From Candidatus Omnitrophota bacterium (lineage in GTDB: Bacteria > Omnitrophota > Gorgyraeia > Zapsychrales > Fredricksoniimonadaceae), in assembly GCA_903944345.1 (NCBI GenBank), contig CAJARJ010000021.1, positions 5,528-69,527 on the forward strand: a stretch of DNA of 64,000 nt, read 5' to 3'. The notes under the pieces were generated by a model that saw only the letters and a list, made by a program, of their open reading frames with translations, made no database searches and was not told where the DNA came from. Position numbers and translations under genes: made by a program. This document shows, in pieces, positions 37,508-47,502 of the stretch (its first letter is position 1; every line of letters starts with the position of its first letter).

Positions 37508-39202
37508 ATGCAAAGCTGGCGAATTGGTTTTATTTTCCTTTTCTTTCTTATGATGGCAGATGCTTTTGTCGCTGCAGACAATTTGCCGGTGGAATCCAAA
37601 ATCATTTCGGCAGTAGTTTATCCGCAAGGGGCGCGCATAACCCGCAGCACCAGAGTCCAGCTTAAAGAAGGAACGCAAACGATAACTCTGGAAGGTGTTC
37701 TGCCCGATTTTGATGAAAATTCGATGTCTGTTTCCGGGGCAGGGACGGCTCTGGCCAAAATTCTGGGGGCGGGTATTCGGACGGTTTATTTGCAGGAATC
37801 CTCGGATGTTCGTGTCCGGGAATTGCAGACGGCGCTTCAGCAGGCAGATGACCAGATTGAAGAAGCGAAGGCTGCGGCCTCTGTTCTGGCAGAAAAGAAA
37901 GCCTTTCTTGATTCTCTGCGGCTTTTTTCCCAGGGGCAATTGCCCAAAGACCTGGTCACCAAGTTGCCGACGGTTGACGAACTTAAGGGAACTTTGTCTT
38001 TTCTTGAACAGGAAAATAAACTTTACCAGGAAGGGCGAATTGCTTCCACTGTTCTATTACGCGAGCTTGCTTCAAAAAAAATGGTTCTTGCGCAAGAGTT
38101 AAATCAGTTGAATTCCGGAGTGCGCAAGGCGGAACGTGTTCTTGCGGTGGATGTGGAATGTGAACGGGCGGGCGAATTAAAGCTGGAGATTGCCTACACA
38201 GTTAATAATGTTAGCTGGCAGCCAATATATGATGCCCGGGTCAATTTTGAAAAAGCCAAGACTGTTCTTAGCGCTTTTGCAGTGGCCGCCCAGGCTACCG
38301 GCGAGGACTGGAATGACGTAGCTTTGACTCTTTCCACAGCGCGGCCTTCAGTCGGGGGGACCATGCCGGAGCTGTCAGCCTGGTATTTGAGTCCGGTTAT
38401 GCCAATGCCGTCTCGCCGTAAAATGGCCAAGGGAATGATGATGGACGCCGGAGAATCCACTTTTGCTTCGTCTGGGATTGCGCAGGAGATGGATTTCGAC
38501 AGCAACAAATCAGACAAGCTTGTAGAGCGGGAAGCTGCTCCGGTGTATGCCCAGTCCGAGTCCTCCGGTGTTTCGCTGGTCTATAAGGCGGCTCGTCCGG
38601 TAACAATCAAGTCGGACGGAAGTGAAACACGTGTTCCGCTTCTTTCCCAGAATTTTGATGCAGATTTCGAGTATGCCGCTACTCCCAAACTTTCTCCTTA
38701 TGCCTATCTGACAACCCGGGTGACCAATGGTTCCCAGGATCAGCTGATGTCCGGCCGGGTTAACATTTTTCTGGACGGGACATTCGTTGGTGCGTCGGCT
38801 ATCGATCGCACTGTGTCGGCAGGGGAGTCGTTTATGCTGCACCTGGGGATCGACGAGGGGGTCGAGGTCAAACGGGAATTGCTCGAGCAGAAAACTGATG
38901 ATACTTTGATCGGGAATATTCCTTCTCCGACAAAAAAGGTTTCATATGCATACAAGTTCAAGTTGGAGAACAAGAAAGCACGTCCGGTGCGGATCAAGGT
39001 TTTTGACCATGTTCCGGTTTCCCAGGATGACAAGATCAAGGTTTCGGGCATCCGTCTGGAGCTTAAGCCTGATACGGACCGTTATGAAGGACGCCCCGGC
39101 GTTTATTGCTGGACGCTGACGCTGCAGCCCGGAGAAAAGAAAGAATTTGCGCTGGCCTATGTTGTGGAGTACCCCAGGGATTTGATCGTGAGCGGTTTGT
39201 AA
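37508..39202 (+). CDS. Mucoidy inhibitor MuiA family (DUF4140 + DUF4139) secreted protein
   Basis: Signal peptide, VVYPQGARITR, SWQPIYDAR, QATGEDWNDVALTLSTARP, FLDG.FVG, LGID. Confidence 0.88.
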   Translation: MQSWRIGFIFLFFLMMADAFVAADNLPVESKIISAVVYPQGARITRSTRVQLKEGTQTITLEGVLPDFDENSMSVSGAGTALAKILGAGIRTVYLQESSDVRVRELQTALQQADDQIEEAKAAASVLAEKKAFLDSLRLFSQGQLPKDLVTKLPTVDELKGTLSFLEQENKLYQEGRIASTVLLRELASKKMVLAQELNQLNSGVRKAERVLAVDVECERAGELKLEIAYTVNNVSWQPIYDARVNFEKAKTVLSAFAVAAQATGEDWNDVALTLSTARPSVGGTMPELSAWYLSPVMPMPSRRKMAKGMMMDAGESTFASSGIAQEMDFDSNKSDKLVEREAAPVYAQSESSGVSLVYKAARPVTIKSDGSETRVPLLSQNFDADFEYAATPKLSPYAYLTTRVTNGSQDQLMSGRVNIFLDGTFVGASAIDRTVSAGESFMLHLGIDEGVEVKRELLEQKTDDTLIGNIPSPTKKVSYAYKFKLENKKARPVRIKVFDHVPVSQDDKIKVSGIRLELKPDTDRYEGRPGVYCWTLTLQPGEKKEFALAYVVEYPRDLIVSGL

Positions 39203-39279
39203 GGGCTCTTTCGGAAAGTTGGGAAAGGTTTATCTTAATGGTTTGACAACACGCCTGTGGCGTGGAACAGGATAGAGAA

Positions 39280-41706
39280 GTGAACAAGTTCGTTTGTCTG
39301 CATGGTCATTTTTACCAGCCTCCTCGAGAAAATCCTTGGCTGGAAGAAGTTGAACTTCAGGAATCTGCCCATCCTTATCATGACTGGAATGAGCGGATTA
39401 CCGCCGAGTGTTATGCCCGCAACGGCGCCTCCCGTATTATGGATCATCAGGGGCGCATCATTGAAATTGTTAATAATTATTCCAAAATCAGTTTTAATAT
39501 GGGGCCGACGCTTTTGTCCTGGATGGAAAAATGCGACCCGGAAGCCTATCGCGCGGTTATTGAAGCAGACCGTTTGAGTCGCCAGCGTTTTTCCGGGCAT
39601 GGTTCGGCGATGGCGCAGGTTTATAATCATATGATTATGCCTCTGGCTAATGCCCGGGACAAGCGGACACAGGTGCTTTGGGGAATTCGTGATTTTGAAA
39701 GTCGCTTTAATCGCAAGCCGGAAGGGATGTGGCTGGCGGAAGCGGCTGTCGATCTGGAGAGCCTGGACATCATGGCGGAAGAGGGCATTCTTTTTACGGT
39801 TTTAGCGCCGCATCAGGCCCGGAGGGTGCGCAAACTGAAAGAAAAGCGTGCCTGGGAGCCGCAGGATGAGGAGCATATCGATCTGCGTCGGCCGTATTTA
39901 TGTCATTTGCCGTCGGGGCGTTCAATTGCAATATTTTTTTATGATGGTCCGATTTCTCTTTCAGTGGCCTTCGAGGGGCTTTTGCATAACGGTGAGTCGT
40001 TGGCCCGTCGAGTATTGGGTGCGCTTGATCAGAATGCCCGGGAGCCTCAGCTGGTGCATATTGCCACTGACGGAGAGTCCTACGGACATCACCACAAGTT
40101 TGGAGATATGGCGCTGGCTTATGCGCTGCGTTATATCGAATCCCACAGTCATGCGCGCTTGACGGTTTATGGAGAGTATCTTGAAAAGTATCCTCCGGAA
40201 TACGAGGTTGAGATAGTTGAGAACAGCTCTTGGAGTTGTATTCATGGTATCGAGCGTTGGAGAGACAACTGTGGCTGCAACAGCGGCACCAAGGCCGGAT
40301 GGCATCAGGAATGGAGAGCCCCGTTGCGTCAGGCGCTGGACTGGCTGCGCGATCGTGCGGCTAAGGTATTCGTCGAGCAGACGGCATCCTATGTCAAGGA
40401 TCCATGGGCGCTGCGCGATGCGTATATTGATGTGATTCTTGATCGTAACCGGTATAATGTCGAGCGTTTTCTTGCCCAGCATATCCAGCATCCTTTGCAT
40501 GCGGACGACAAGAATCGTTTTTTGCGTGCGCTCGAAGTCCAGCGTAACGCCTTGCTCATGTATACCAGTTGCGGATGGTTTTTTGATGATATCTCCGGGA
40601 TTGAAACTGTTCAGATCATCAAGTATGCTGCTCGAGTTATACAGCTTGTCCGTCGCTTGACCGGTGAAGATTTTGAGCCGGGCTTTGTCGAACTTTTGTC
40701 CAAGGCCCGCAGTAATGTTGCCGAAGCCAATAACGGGGCACGCATTTATAAGTCGTATGTTGAGCCTTCGGTAGTGGATATTTTACGGGTTGGTGCGCAT
40801 TATGCGATGAGCTCCTTGTACCAGGAGTACCCCAAAGAAGCCCGTCTGTATTGTTTTACTGTGCGTCAGCAGGCCTATGAGAAACAGGTGGTCGGCAAGC
40901 TGGAACTGGCGGTCGGCCGTGCCGAGATTGTTTCCGAGGTGACTTGGACGAGTATCCCGGTGCAGTTTTGTGTGATGCATCTGGGAGACCATAACTTTAT
41001 TTGCGGAGTGGATTATTTCCGGGAGGAGCCGGATTTCGAGAAAAGGCTTGTCGAGATGAAGGCTCTTTTTGCCGAAGGAGATATCCCTCGGGCTATTCAG
41101 GCGATTAATGCTTCCTTTGGCCTTAAAAGTTATTCGCTGTGGCATTTGTTCAAACAGGAACAGAAAATTATTCTCGATCAGATTTTTGAGAGCACTCTGC
41201 GGGAAATGGAGTCTTCGTTCCGTCGTCTTTATGACGACCATTTCTCTCTTATCAGGATGATCAATGAGCACAGCATTCCTTTACCCAAAGCTCTGGCGAA
41301 TGTAGTGGAGTTTGTGCTTAATCGCGACCTGACGCAGGTTCTCGAAATGGAAGAGGTTCCGCTGGATCGGCTGGATCGGCTGGTTAAGGAGATTCGCCGC
41401 TGGGAGTTTAAACGGGACAAGGCCAGTCTGGATATGCTGGCTTCAGAGAAGATTCGCAGCATTATGGCCATCTTCGGACGGGATCCGTCGGATACGCGTT
41501 TTCTTGAATATGCTCTGGCTGTAATTGAGCGTTTAAGTGAGTTGCAGCTGGATATTGATTTATGGCATCCGCAGAATGTATTCTTCAGGGTTGGCAAGGA
41601 ACTTTATCCGAACAGAAAACGACTGGCGGAAAGTGATGATCTTTCCCGCCGGTGGGTTGCCGCATTCGACCGTCTGGGCGAGATCCTGAAAGTGCGCGTT
41701 ATTTAG
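39280..41706 (+). CDS. GH57 / DUF3536 glycoside hydrolase
   Basis: HGHFYQPPRENPW, GMWLAE, ATDGESYGHH, SWSCIHG, YTSCGWFFD. Confidence 0.93.
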   Translation: MNKFVCLHGHFYQPPRENPWLEEVELQESAHPYHDWNERITAECYARNGASRIMDHQGRIIEIVNNYSKISFNMGPTLLSWMEKCDPEAYRAVIEADRLSRQRFSGHGSAMAQVYNHMIMPLANARDKRTQVLWGIRDFESRFNRKPEGMWLAEAAVDLESLDIMAEEGILFTVLAPHQARRVRKLKEKRAWEPQDEEHIDLRRPYLCHLPSGRSIAIFFYDGPISLSVAFEGLLHNGESLARRVLGALDQNAREPQLVHIATDGESYGHHHKFGDMALAYALRYIESHSHARLTVYGEYLEKYPPEYEVEIVENSSWSCIHGIERWRDNCGCNSGTKAGWHQEWRAPLRQALDWLRDRAAKVFVEQTASYVKDPWALRDAYIDVILDRNRYNVERFLAQHIQHPLHADDKNRFLRALEVQRNALLMYTSCGWFFDDISGIETVQIIKYAARVIQLVRRLTGEDFEPGFVELLSKARSNVAEANNGARIYKSYVEPSVVDILRVGAHYAMSSLYQEYPKEARLYCFTVRQQAYEKQVVGKLELAVGRAEIVSEVTWTSIPVQFCVMHLGDHNFICGVDYFREEPDFEKRLVEMKALFAEGDIPRAIQAINASFGLKSYSLWHLFKQEQKIILDQIFESTLREMESSFRRLYDDHFSLIRMINEHSIPLPKALANVVEFVLNRDLTQVLEMEEVPLDRLDRLVKEIRRWEFKRDKASLDMLASEKIRSIMAIFGRDPSDTRFLEYALAVIERLSELQLDIDLWHPQNVFFRVGKELYPNRKRLAESDDLSRRWVAAFDRLGEILKVRVI

Positions 41707-41724
41707 GCGCAGGAAGGAGGGCCT

Positions 41725-43257
41725 ATGGCCGCCGGAGTAATTGATATCGGTTCCAATTCGGTCAAGCTTCTTATCGGGGAACCCGGGGACGGCGATGTCA
41801 TGGTTCTGGAGTCGCTGAGGAATATATCTCCCATCGGGCGCTCGACGTTCCTGAAAGGTTATATTGCCCAGGAACCGATTAATCTGACCATCGAGATTCT
41901 GCACAAATATCGCAAGGCCCTTCGGGAATACCAGATCGACAAGGTTTTTGTTATTGCCACCACCGCGGTGCGTGAGGCTTCCAATCGTAATATATTCGTG
42001 GATACTGTCCGTCGCAAAACCGGCTTTGAGATCGAAGTGCTCAATGTCGGTGATATTGTTTATTATATTGATGCTTATATTGCCTTCAAGCTCAAGGAGC
42101 GCTACCCGGTTCATAACCGGAACCTGTTGATTTGCGAGATGGGGGCGGGCAGCGTGGATGTTTCGTTTTTGAAAAAAGGGTTTACGGTCATGAACACCGG
42201 CCTGGCTTTGGGCTCCCTGCGCTTTCGTCAGCTGGTTAGCCGTCTTGGTGGCAGCATGGAAGAAACGACCGAAGCCCTGCAGGAATATATCGAGAACGAG
42301 TTTGCTTTTCTGCGCCAGAGATTGCCCTCTGGTGCGATCGATGATATTTTTTTGATCGATGAGAATCAGGAATATTTGCGGGCGATCTTGCCTAATCGCA
42401 AGATTGCCAGCAATTTCTTCCAGTTCGGAATCAGTGATGTCGAGCAAATTATCGCCGCACTTACGGGCAAAACCAATGAGGAGATTTCCGAGGTCTATGA
42501 TATGCCTCCGGAAGGGGCGGACGCGTTGTTGCCCTATATGATCATTCTGAAAATGTTTTTTGAGTTGACCCGTAATCCGCATGTTTATATTCTGGAAACG
42601 TCCCTGGCCGAGGCGGTTTTGGCCAATAAACTGCTGGGTCTGGAATTAAGCCGGCGTTACAGTAAAACCAATCAGTTGCTTTCAGTGGCGCACTCCATTT
42701 GCGAGAAATATCATATGGATCTGGATCACGCCAAGCATACTTCGCATGCCGCCCGGATTCTTTTTGAGGGCCTTGCGGAGCAACTGGGTCTTGAGCCCAG
42801 TCATCAGCTTTATCTGGTGCTGGCGGCCTATTTGCATGATATAGGAAAGTTTATCTCGAATCGTTCGCACCACAAGCATTCAGAGTACATCATCAACTCG
42901 TTAAATCTTTCGCGCTTGACCGAGGAAGAAGTCCGGATTATCGCTTGCGTGGCGCGTTATCATCGTCGGGGAGATCCTTCCAAGTCGCACCTTCTTTACA
43001 ATAGTTTGGCAGAAGACAAGCAGATTCTGGTACAGAAACTGTCGGCACTCCTGCGTCTGGCCAATGCGCTGGATCATTCGCATCGGCAGAAGGTTAAGGG
43101 GATGCGGGTGCTGGGGGCGGACAGTGATGATATAACGGTGCAGGTCGATACACGTTCGAATTTTTTGCTGGAAAAGAACGATTTTAATGACAAAAAAGAT
43201 CTGCTGGAAAAGATCACCGGCAGCCGTATCAAACTGGCGGTTAACGAGAATTTTTAG
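41725..43257 (+). CDS. ppx: Ppx/GppA family phosphatase with C-terminal HD domain
   Basis: IDIGSNS, ATTAVREA.N, LHDIG, HHKHSEYII, ARYHR. Confidence 0.85.
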   Translation: MAAGVIDIGSNSVKLLIGEPGDGDVMVLESLRNISPIGRSTFLKGYIAQEPINLTIEILHKYRKALREYQIDKVFVIATTAVREASNRNIFVDTVRRKTGFEIEVLNVGDIVYYIDAYIAFKLKERYPVHNRNLLICEMGAGSVDVSFLKKGFTVMNTGLALGSLRFRQLVSRLGGSMEETTEALQEYIENEFAFLRQRLPSGAIDDIFLIDENQEYLRAILPNRKIASNFFQFGISDVEQIIAALTGKTNEEISEVYDMPPEGADALLPYMIILKMFFELTRNPHVYILETSLAEAVLANKLLGLELSRRYSKTNQLLSVAHSICEKYHMDLDHAKHTSHAARILFEGLAEQLGLEPSHQLYLVLAAYLHDIGKFISNRSHHKHSEYIINSLNLSRLTEEEVRIIACVARYHRRGDPSKSHLLYNSLAEDKQILVQKLSALLRLANALDHSHRQKVKGMRVLGADSDDITVQVDTRSNFLLEKNDFNDKKDLLEKITGSRIKLAVNENF

Positions 43258-43259
43258 TT

Positions 43260-45284
43260 ATGGCTGATATTGAAAATCGCGATAAGTACATTCACCGGGA
43301 TCTGAGCTGGCTGGCTTTTAACAGCCGGGTGCTGGAAGAGGCGTTGGAACCAGAGAATCCGCTGCTGGAGCAGGCTCGTTTTCTGGCGATCTGCGCCAGC
43401 AACCTCGACGAATTTCTTATGGTGCGCTATGCCGGCATCCGCAGCCTGCAGGATGCCCGGCATAATCATAAGGATGCTTATGGTTATTACCCGCAGGATA
43501 TTTTTCGTCAGCTGAGAACCGAGGTAGACGGATTTATTCGCCGGTTGTATGGAGTCTTTGAAGGCAAGATCAAGCCCGGGCTGGTAGCAGAAAGAATTTA
43601 TCTTCGTCGCTGCAGCGAGCTTAACGGTGAGCAGCAGAAATTTGTTAAAAGATTTTTTGACGGCACTCTGTACCCGGTGGTCACCCCGATGGCCATTGAT
43701 CAGGGGCATCCGTTTCCGGTTCTGATTTCGCGGACTATGGCTTTTGCTGTGCATCTGGAGCGTAAAGGCGAACCTCGTCTGGCGCTGGTGCCTGTTCCGG
43801 CTAATCTGCCCCGGCTGGTCAAATTACCCTCGCAGGCGGACACTCACGAGTTTATTTTGCTGGACGAGATTTTACGAGAACATCTGAGTATTTTTTTCCG
43901 AGGGTTTGAGTTGTCTGCTTGCGCTTTGTTCCGGATTATTCGCGACGGTGATCTGGCCGTGGACGAGGAGTTCTCTCCGAATTTGCTTAAATCCATCGAA
44001 GAAGAGGTCAAGAAACGTCCCCAGGCGCGGGTGGTGCACTTATGTGTGGAGGAAGGCTGCTCTCCCGGTTTGCTGGAAGTTTTGACCGACGCGCTCAATT
44101 TCCCGCTGGAAGAGGTGGCTTTTCTCCGCGGCGAGTTTGACCTGACTTTTCTTTTTACTCTTGCAGGCGTCGTGCCGCGTCCGGAATTGATTTATCCGGC
44201 GCTCATGCCGGCCAAACTGGCATACGATAATATTTTTAACCGCATTCGTGAGGGAGATTTTTTGCTGCATATGCCGTACCAGTCGTTTCAGCCGACGGTT
44301 GATTTGCTCAAGACGGCAGCGATTGATCCGGATGTGCTGGCGGTGAAGATGACCCTTTATCGTGCGAGTGAGGATTCCGAGATTGTTGCCGCGCTCAAAG
44401 AGGCAGCCCGGCGCAAGAAGCAGGTGACGGTCCTGGTCGAGATCAAGGCTCGCTTTGACGAGGAACGCAATATTGTTTGGGCACGGCAACTGGAAGAAGC
44501 AGGTTGTCACGTGATTTATGGTATTCCCGGGGTCAAGATTCATTCCAAGATCTGTCTTGTGGTCCGACGGGAGGAGGGGCGAACGCGTCGTTATGTGCAT
44601 TTGTCCACCGGCAATTATAATGAAAAGACGGCCCGGGTTTACACTGATCTTGGATATTTCACGGCCAATGATGATTTTGCCCGGGATATTTCGGATCTGT
44701 TTAATGTTATTACCGGGTATTCCCGTCCGGCGCGCTGGAAAAGGGTTATTTCTTCGCCGAATGATCTGCGGGAATATTTCTTCGAGTTGATTGACCGCGA
44801 GATAGCTTTTCAGAAAGAGCACCGTAACGGGTTTATTATTGCCAAGATGAACTCTCTGGAGGATACCCGTATTGTTGACAAGCTGTATGAGGCATCCAAG
44901 GCAGGGGTGCGCATTCATTTGATTGTGCGCGGTATCTGTATTCTGGTCGCCGGAGTTCCTGGTTTGAGTGACACTATTACTGTCAAGAGCGTAGTTGGAC
45001 GTTTTCTCGAACATTCCCGGATATTTCTTTTTAACAATAACTCCGACCACCGGATTTTTTTATCTTCTGCGGACTGGATGTCGAGAAACTTTGATCGTCG
45101 CATCGAACTGTTATTTGAAATTCTTCAGCCGGAACTCAAGGAGCATTTGCGTACCATTCTTGAGATGACCTGGAAAGACAATCAGAAAGCCCGGCTGCTC
45201 TTGCCGCAAAGGACGTATTCTTTTCTCAAGGCGCATGAAGACAGGCATAGCGTGCAGGGGTTTTTTCTTGGATATTATGCATGA
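43260..45284 (+). CDS. ppk1: Polyphosphate kinase 1
   Basis: RDLSWLAFN.RVL, NLDEF, HPFP, KMTLYR, KARFDEERN, HSK, TGNYN, GRFLEHSR, SADWM.RN. Confidence 0.97.
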   Translation: MADIENRDKYIHRDLSWLAFNSRVLEEALEPENPLLEQARFLAICASNLDEFLMVRYAGIRSLQDARHNHKDAYGYYPQDIFRQLRTEVDGFIRRLYGVFEGKIKPGLVAERIYLRRCSELNGEQQKFVKRFFDGTLYPVVTPMAIDQGHPFPVLISRTMAFAVHLERKGEPRLALVPVPANLPRLVKLPSQADTHEFILLDEILREHLSIFFRGFELSACALFRIIRDGDLAVDEEFSPNLLKSIEEEVKKRPQARVVHLCVEEGCSPGLLEVLTDALNFPLEEVAFLRGEFDLTFLFTLAGVVPRPELIYPALMPAKLAYDNIFNRIREGDFLLHMPYQSFQPTVDLLKTAAIDPDVLAVKMTLYRASEDSEIVAALKEAARRKKQVTVLVEIKARFDEERNIVWARQLEEAGCHVIYGIPGVKIHSKICLVVRREEGRTRRYVHLSTGNYNEKTARVYTDLGYFTANDDFARDISDLFNVITGYSRPARWKRVISSPNDLREYFFELIDREIAFQKEHRNGFIIAKMNSLEDTRIVDKLYEASKAGVRIHLIVRGICILVAGVPGLSDTITVKSVVGRFLEHSRIFLFNNNSDHRIFLSSADWMSRNFDRRIELLFEILQPELKEHLRTILEMTWKDNQKARLLLPQRTYSFLKAHEDRHSVQGFFLGYYA

Positions 45285-46180
45285 CCGCTAAAGGATCCAT
45301 GGACGAAAAAGAGTTGTATTTTGTATTGGCCGGGGAGCATGTCAGGGCTGTGGAAGCCGAGGTCGCCGGGGTGCGTTCGGCCCGGGACATTGAATGTCTG
45401 CACCGGATGCGAGTAGCGTTAAGACGCCTTAAAGCCACACTTTCGGATTTTCGAGAACTGCTGCCGGCGCGTGAATATGTTTCTCTTCTGGGTAATGTGG
45501 ACAAGTTGCTCAGAGCCCTGGGACAGGCGAGGGATATTGACACCAAAATAGCTTTTCTGAATGCTCTTCTTTCCGGCGGGCAGGCAGAATCTGTTCGTGC
45601 GGGCATTCTTGAAATTATTGATGAACTGGCGGAAGATCGCAGCGAGATACAACCTAAAATACTTAAATGGATTTCGCGCTTGCGGCAGAAACAGGTCTTT
45701 CGCGCCGCGGTCAAACTCAGGCCCGCGCTTGAGAATACGGGAATGACTTTGGATGAGTGGGCCAGGAACCGTATTCTTGCCCGTTTGGAGAAGTTTTTTT
45801 CGCTCGAAGCGTATGTTCGCCGCCCGGGTTGTATCAGGGAACTGCACGGAATGCGGATTGCCGCCAAGAATCTGCGCTATACGCTGGAGAATTTCTCCCG
45901 TCTTTATGGAAAAGAAGCTCTGGATTTCGCCGGTTCCGCCATGCTCGTCCAGCGGGCGCTTGGAGAGGTTCACAGTTTTGATATCTGGCTGGGATTACTC
46001 GATATCCTGGCGGACAGTTCCGGGCGTGAGCCGTCTTTTCGCCGGGCTGTTGTTTTTCTTCGCAAGGAGTGCCAGAGTCGCCGGTCAGCAGCGTATCAAT
46101 CTTTTCTCGAGCTCTGGTCGGATCTCAAGCACAAAAAGACCTGGGCGCGGCTGGGTTTCTTCGCTTTGGATCGTTCATGA
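45281..46180 (+). CDS. CHAD-domain polyphosphate-binding protein
   Basis: LHRMRVALRRL, LGQARDID, LHGMRIAAKNLRYTLE. Confidence 0.92.
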   Translation: MTAKGSMDEKELYFVLAGEHVRAVEAEVAGVRSARDIECLHRMRVALRRLKATLSDFRELLPAREYVSLLGNVDKLLRALGQARDIDTKIAFLNALLSGGQAESVRAGILEIIDELAEDRSEIQPKILKWISRLRQKQVFRAAVKLRPALENTGMTLDEWARNRILARLEKFFSLEAYVRRPGCIRELHGMRIAAKNLRYTLENFSRLYGKEALDFAGSAMLVQRALGEVHSFDIWLGLLDILADSSGREPSFRRAVVFLRKECQSRRSAAYQSFLELWSDLKHKKTWARLGFFALDRS

Positions 46181-47466
46181 AAATTGCCCTGGTTTCCGAT
46201 GTGCATGCCAACCTCCCGGCGCTTGAGGCGGTCATAGCGCATGCGCGTGCGCGCGGGGCGGAAGAGTTCTGGAGCCTCGGAGATATTGTCGGCTGCGGCC
46301 CTTTTCCTGATGAATGTGCCCGTTTGCTTTCAGATGCTTTTCGTTATAGTGTGCAGGGCAATCACGATGTGCGGGCGCTACCTTTCTGGCGGGATCGGCG
46401 TAAGGAGAAAGAGGCCAGAGATCCGGACAAGGCCACGCTTGTCGAATGGACCAGGACGAATTGTTCCCGCAAAACACGGGCCTATCTGCAGGGCCTTCCT
46501 CCAGTCATGACGGTTGTTGTGCGAGGGCACAAAATTCAGCTGACGCATTCTCTGCCAGAAGAGCCGTGGGGTCAGCTTTTGCAGGGCACCGAGCTTGTCC
46601 TTTCTGGGCATACCCACGGTGCCAGTGACCGGAGGATGAGGGGTATTCGTTGCATTAATCCTGGGACAGCGGGATCTGCTTTCGACGGGGACCCGCGTGC
46701 TGCTTATGCACTGCTGGAAATTGACGATCAGAGGGTGGATGTTGTTTTTGAACGGGTCGCTTACGACTGTGCGCGAGTGGAGCGGGCAATGAAAGAACAC
46801 GGTTTTCCGGTCCGCAGTATTCGGGCGTTTTCTGCTGCCCGCAGCCTTGACGGGCTGGATCGTCAGGAGATGTCTGTTCTGGTCTGCGAACTTCCGGACC
46901 GGGCCGAGCAGATCGGTCTGCGCGAGTCCTTTGACCGGGGCCATGCGCTTAAGGTTTGTCAGTTGGCCCTGAAGCTTTTCGATGGGCTTTCCGCTTACCA
47001 TGGCTTTGGTGTTCGGGAACGTCTTTTGTTGCAAAGCGCGGCGATCTTACATGATTCGGGTTTTAACCGGAACCCTCGTGCTCATCATAAAATCGCGCGG
47101 GATATAATTCTTTGTGACCGGACTTTGCCTTTAACCTGGAAAGAGCGGGTTGTTGCGGCTCTGGTAGCTCGATATCATCGACGCGCCTTGCCGGATCTTC
47201 GGCACCGTTATTACGGGGTTATCGGGCCTGCCCGCAGGCGCGTGGTTGATGTTCTGGGAGGGATTCTGCGGATGGCTGACGGAATGGATCGCCTGCATCT
47301 TGGAGAAGTTCACGATATTGCTCTGGATGTTTTTGCGCGTCGACTTGAAGTGACCCTGCTGAGCGAGATGCCGGTACCTGAATCAGAGCGCGGTGCCGGG
47401 CAGAAATCTGATCTATTGTCTCGTGCCTTGAACCGGATAATCCGTGTCAGGCACAAATTCCTTTAG
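46177..47466 (+). CDS. YfcE-type metallophosphoesterase fused to Ppx-type HD domain
   Basis: SDVHAN, GDIVG, GNHD, GHTH, NPG, then HA..V, LHDSG, HHK, ARYHR, LRMADGMD. ATGA coupling at 46177. Confidence 0.88.
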   Translation: MKIALVSDVHANLPALEAVIAHARARGAEEFWSLGDIVGCGPFPDECARLLSDAFRYSVQGNHDVRALPFWRDRRKEKEARDPDKATLVEWTRTNCSRKTRAYLQGLPPVMTVVVRGHKIQLTHSLPEEPWGQLLQGTELVLSGHTHGASDRRMRGIRCINPGTAGSAFDGDPRAAYALLEIDDQRVDVVFERVAYDCARVERAMKEHGFPVRSIRAFSAARSLDGLDRQEMSVLVCELPDRAEQIGLRESFDRGHALKVCQLALKLFDGLSAYHGFGVRERLLLQSAAILHDSGFNRNPRAHHKIARDIILCDRTLPLTWKERVVAALVARYHRRALPDLRHRYYGVIGPARRRVVDVLGGILRMADGMDRLHLGEVHDIALDVFARRLEVTLLSEMPVPESERGAGQKSDLLSRALNRIIRVRHKFL

Positions 47467-47502
47467 CCGCAGTGTCCGGGATTCCTGCAACAACAGAAAC
47501 TT

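Noticed and set aside
30562-45050. Long minus-strand ORFs (30562, 33056, 37220, 41560, 44040)
   Set aside because: Antisense shadows of well-conserved + strand genes such as ilvD, glgP, ppx and ppk1.
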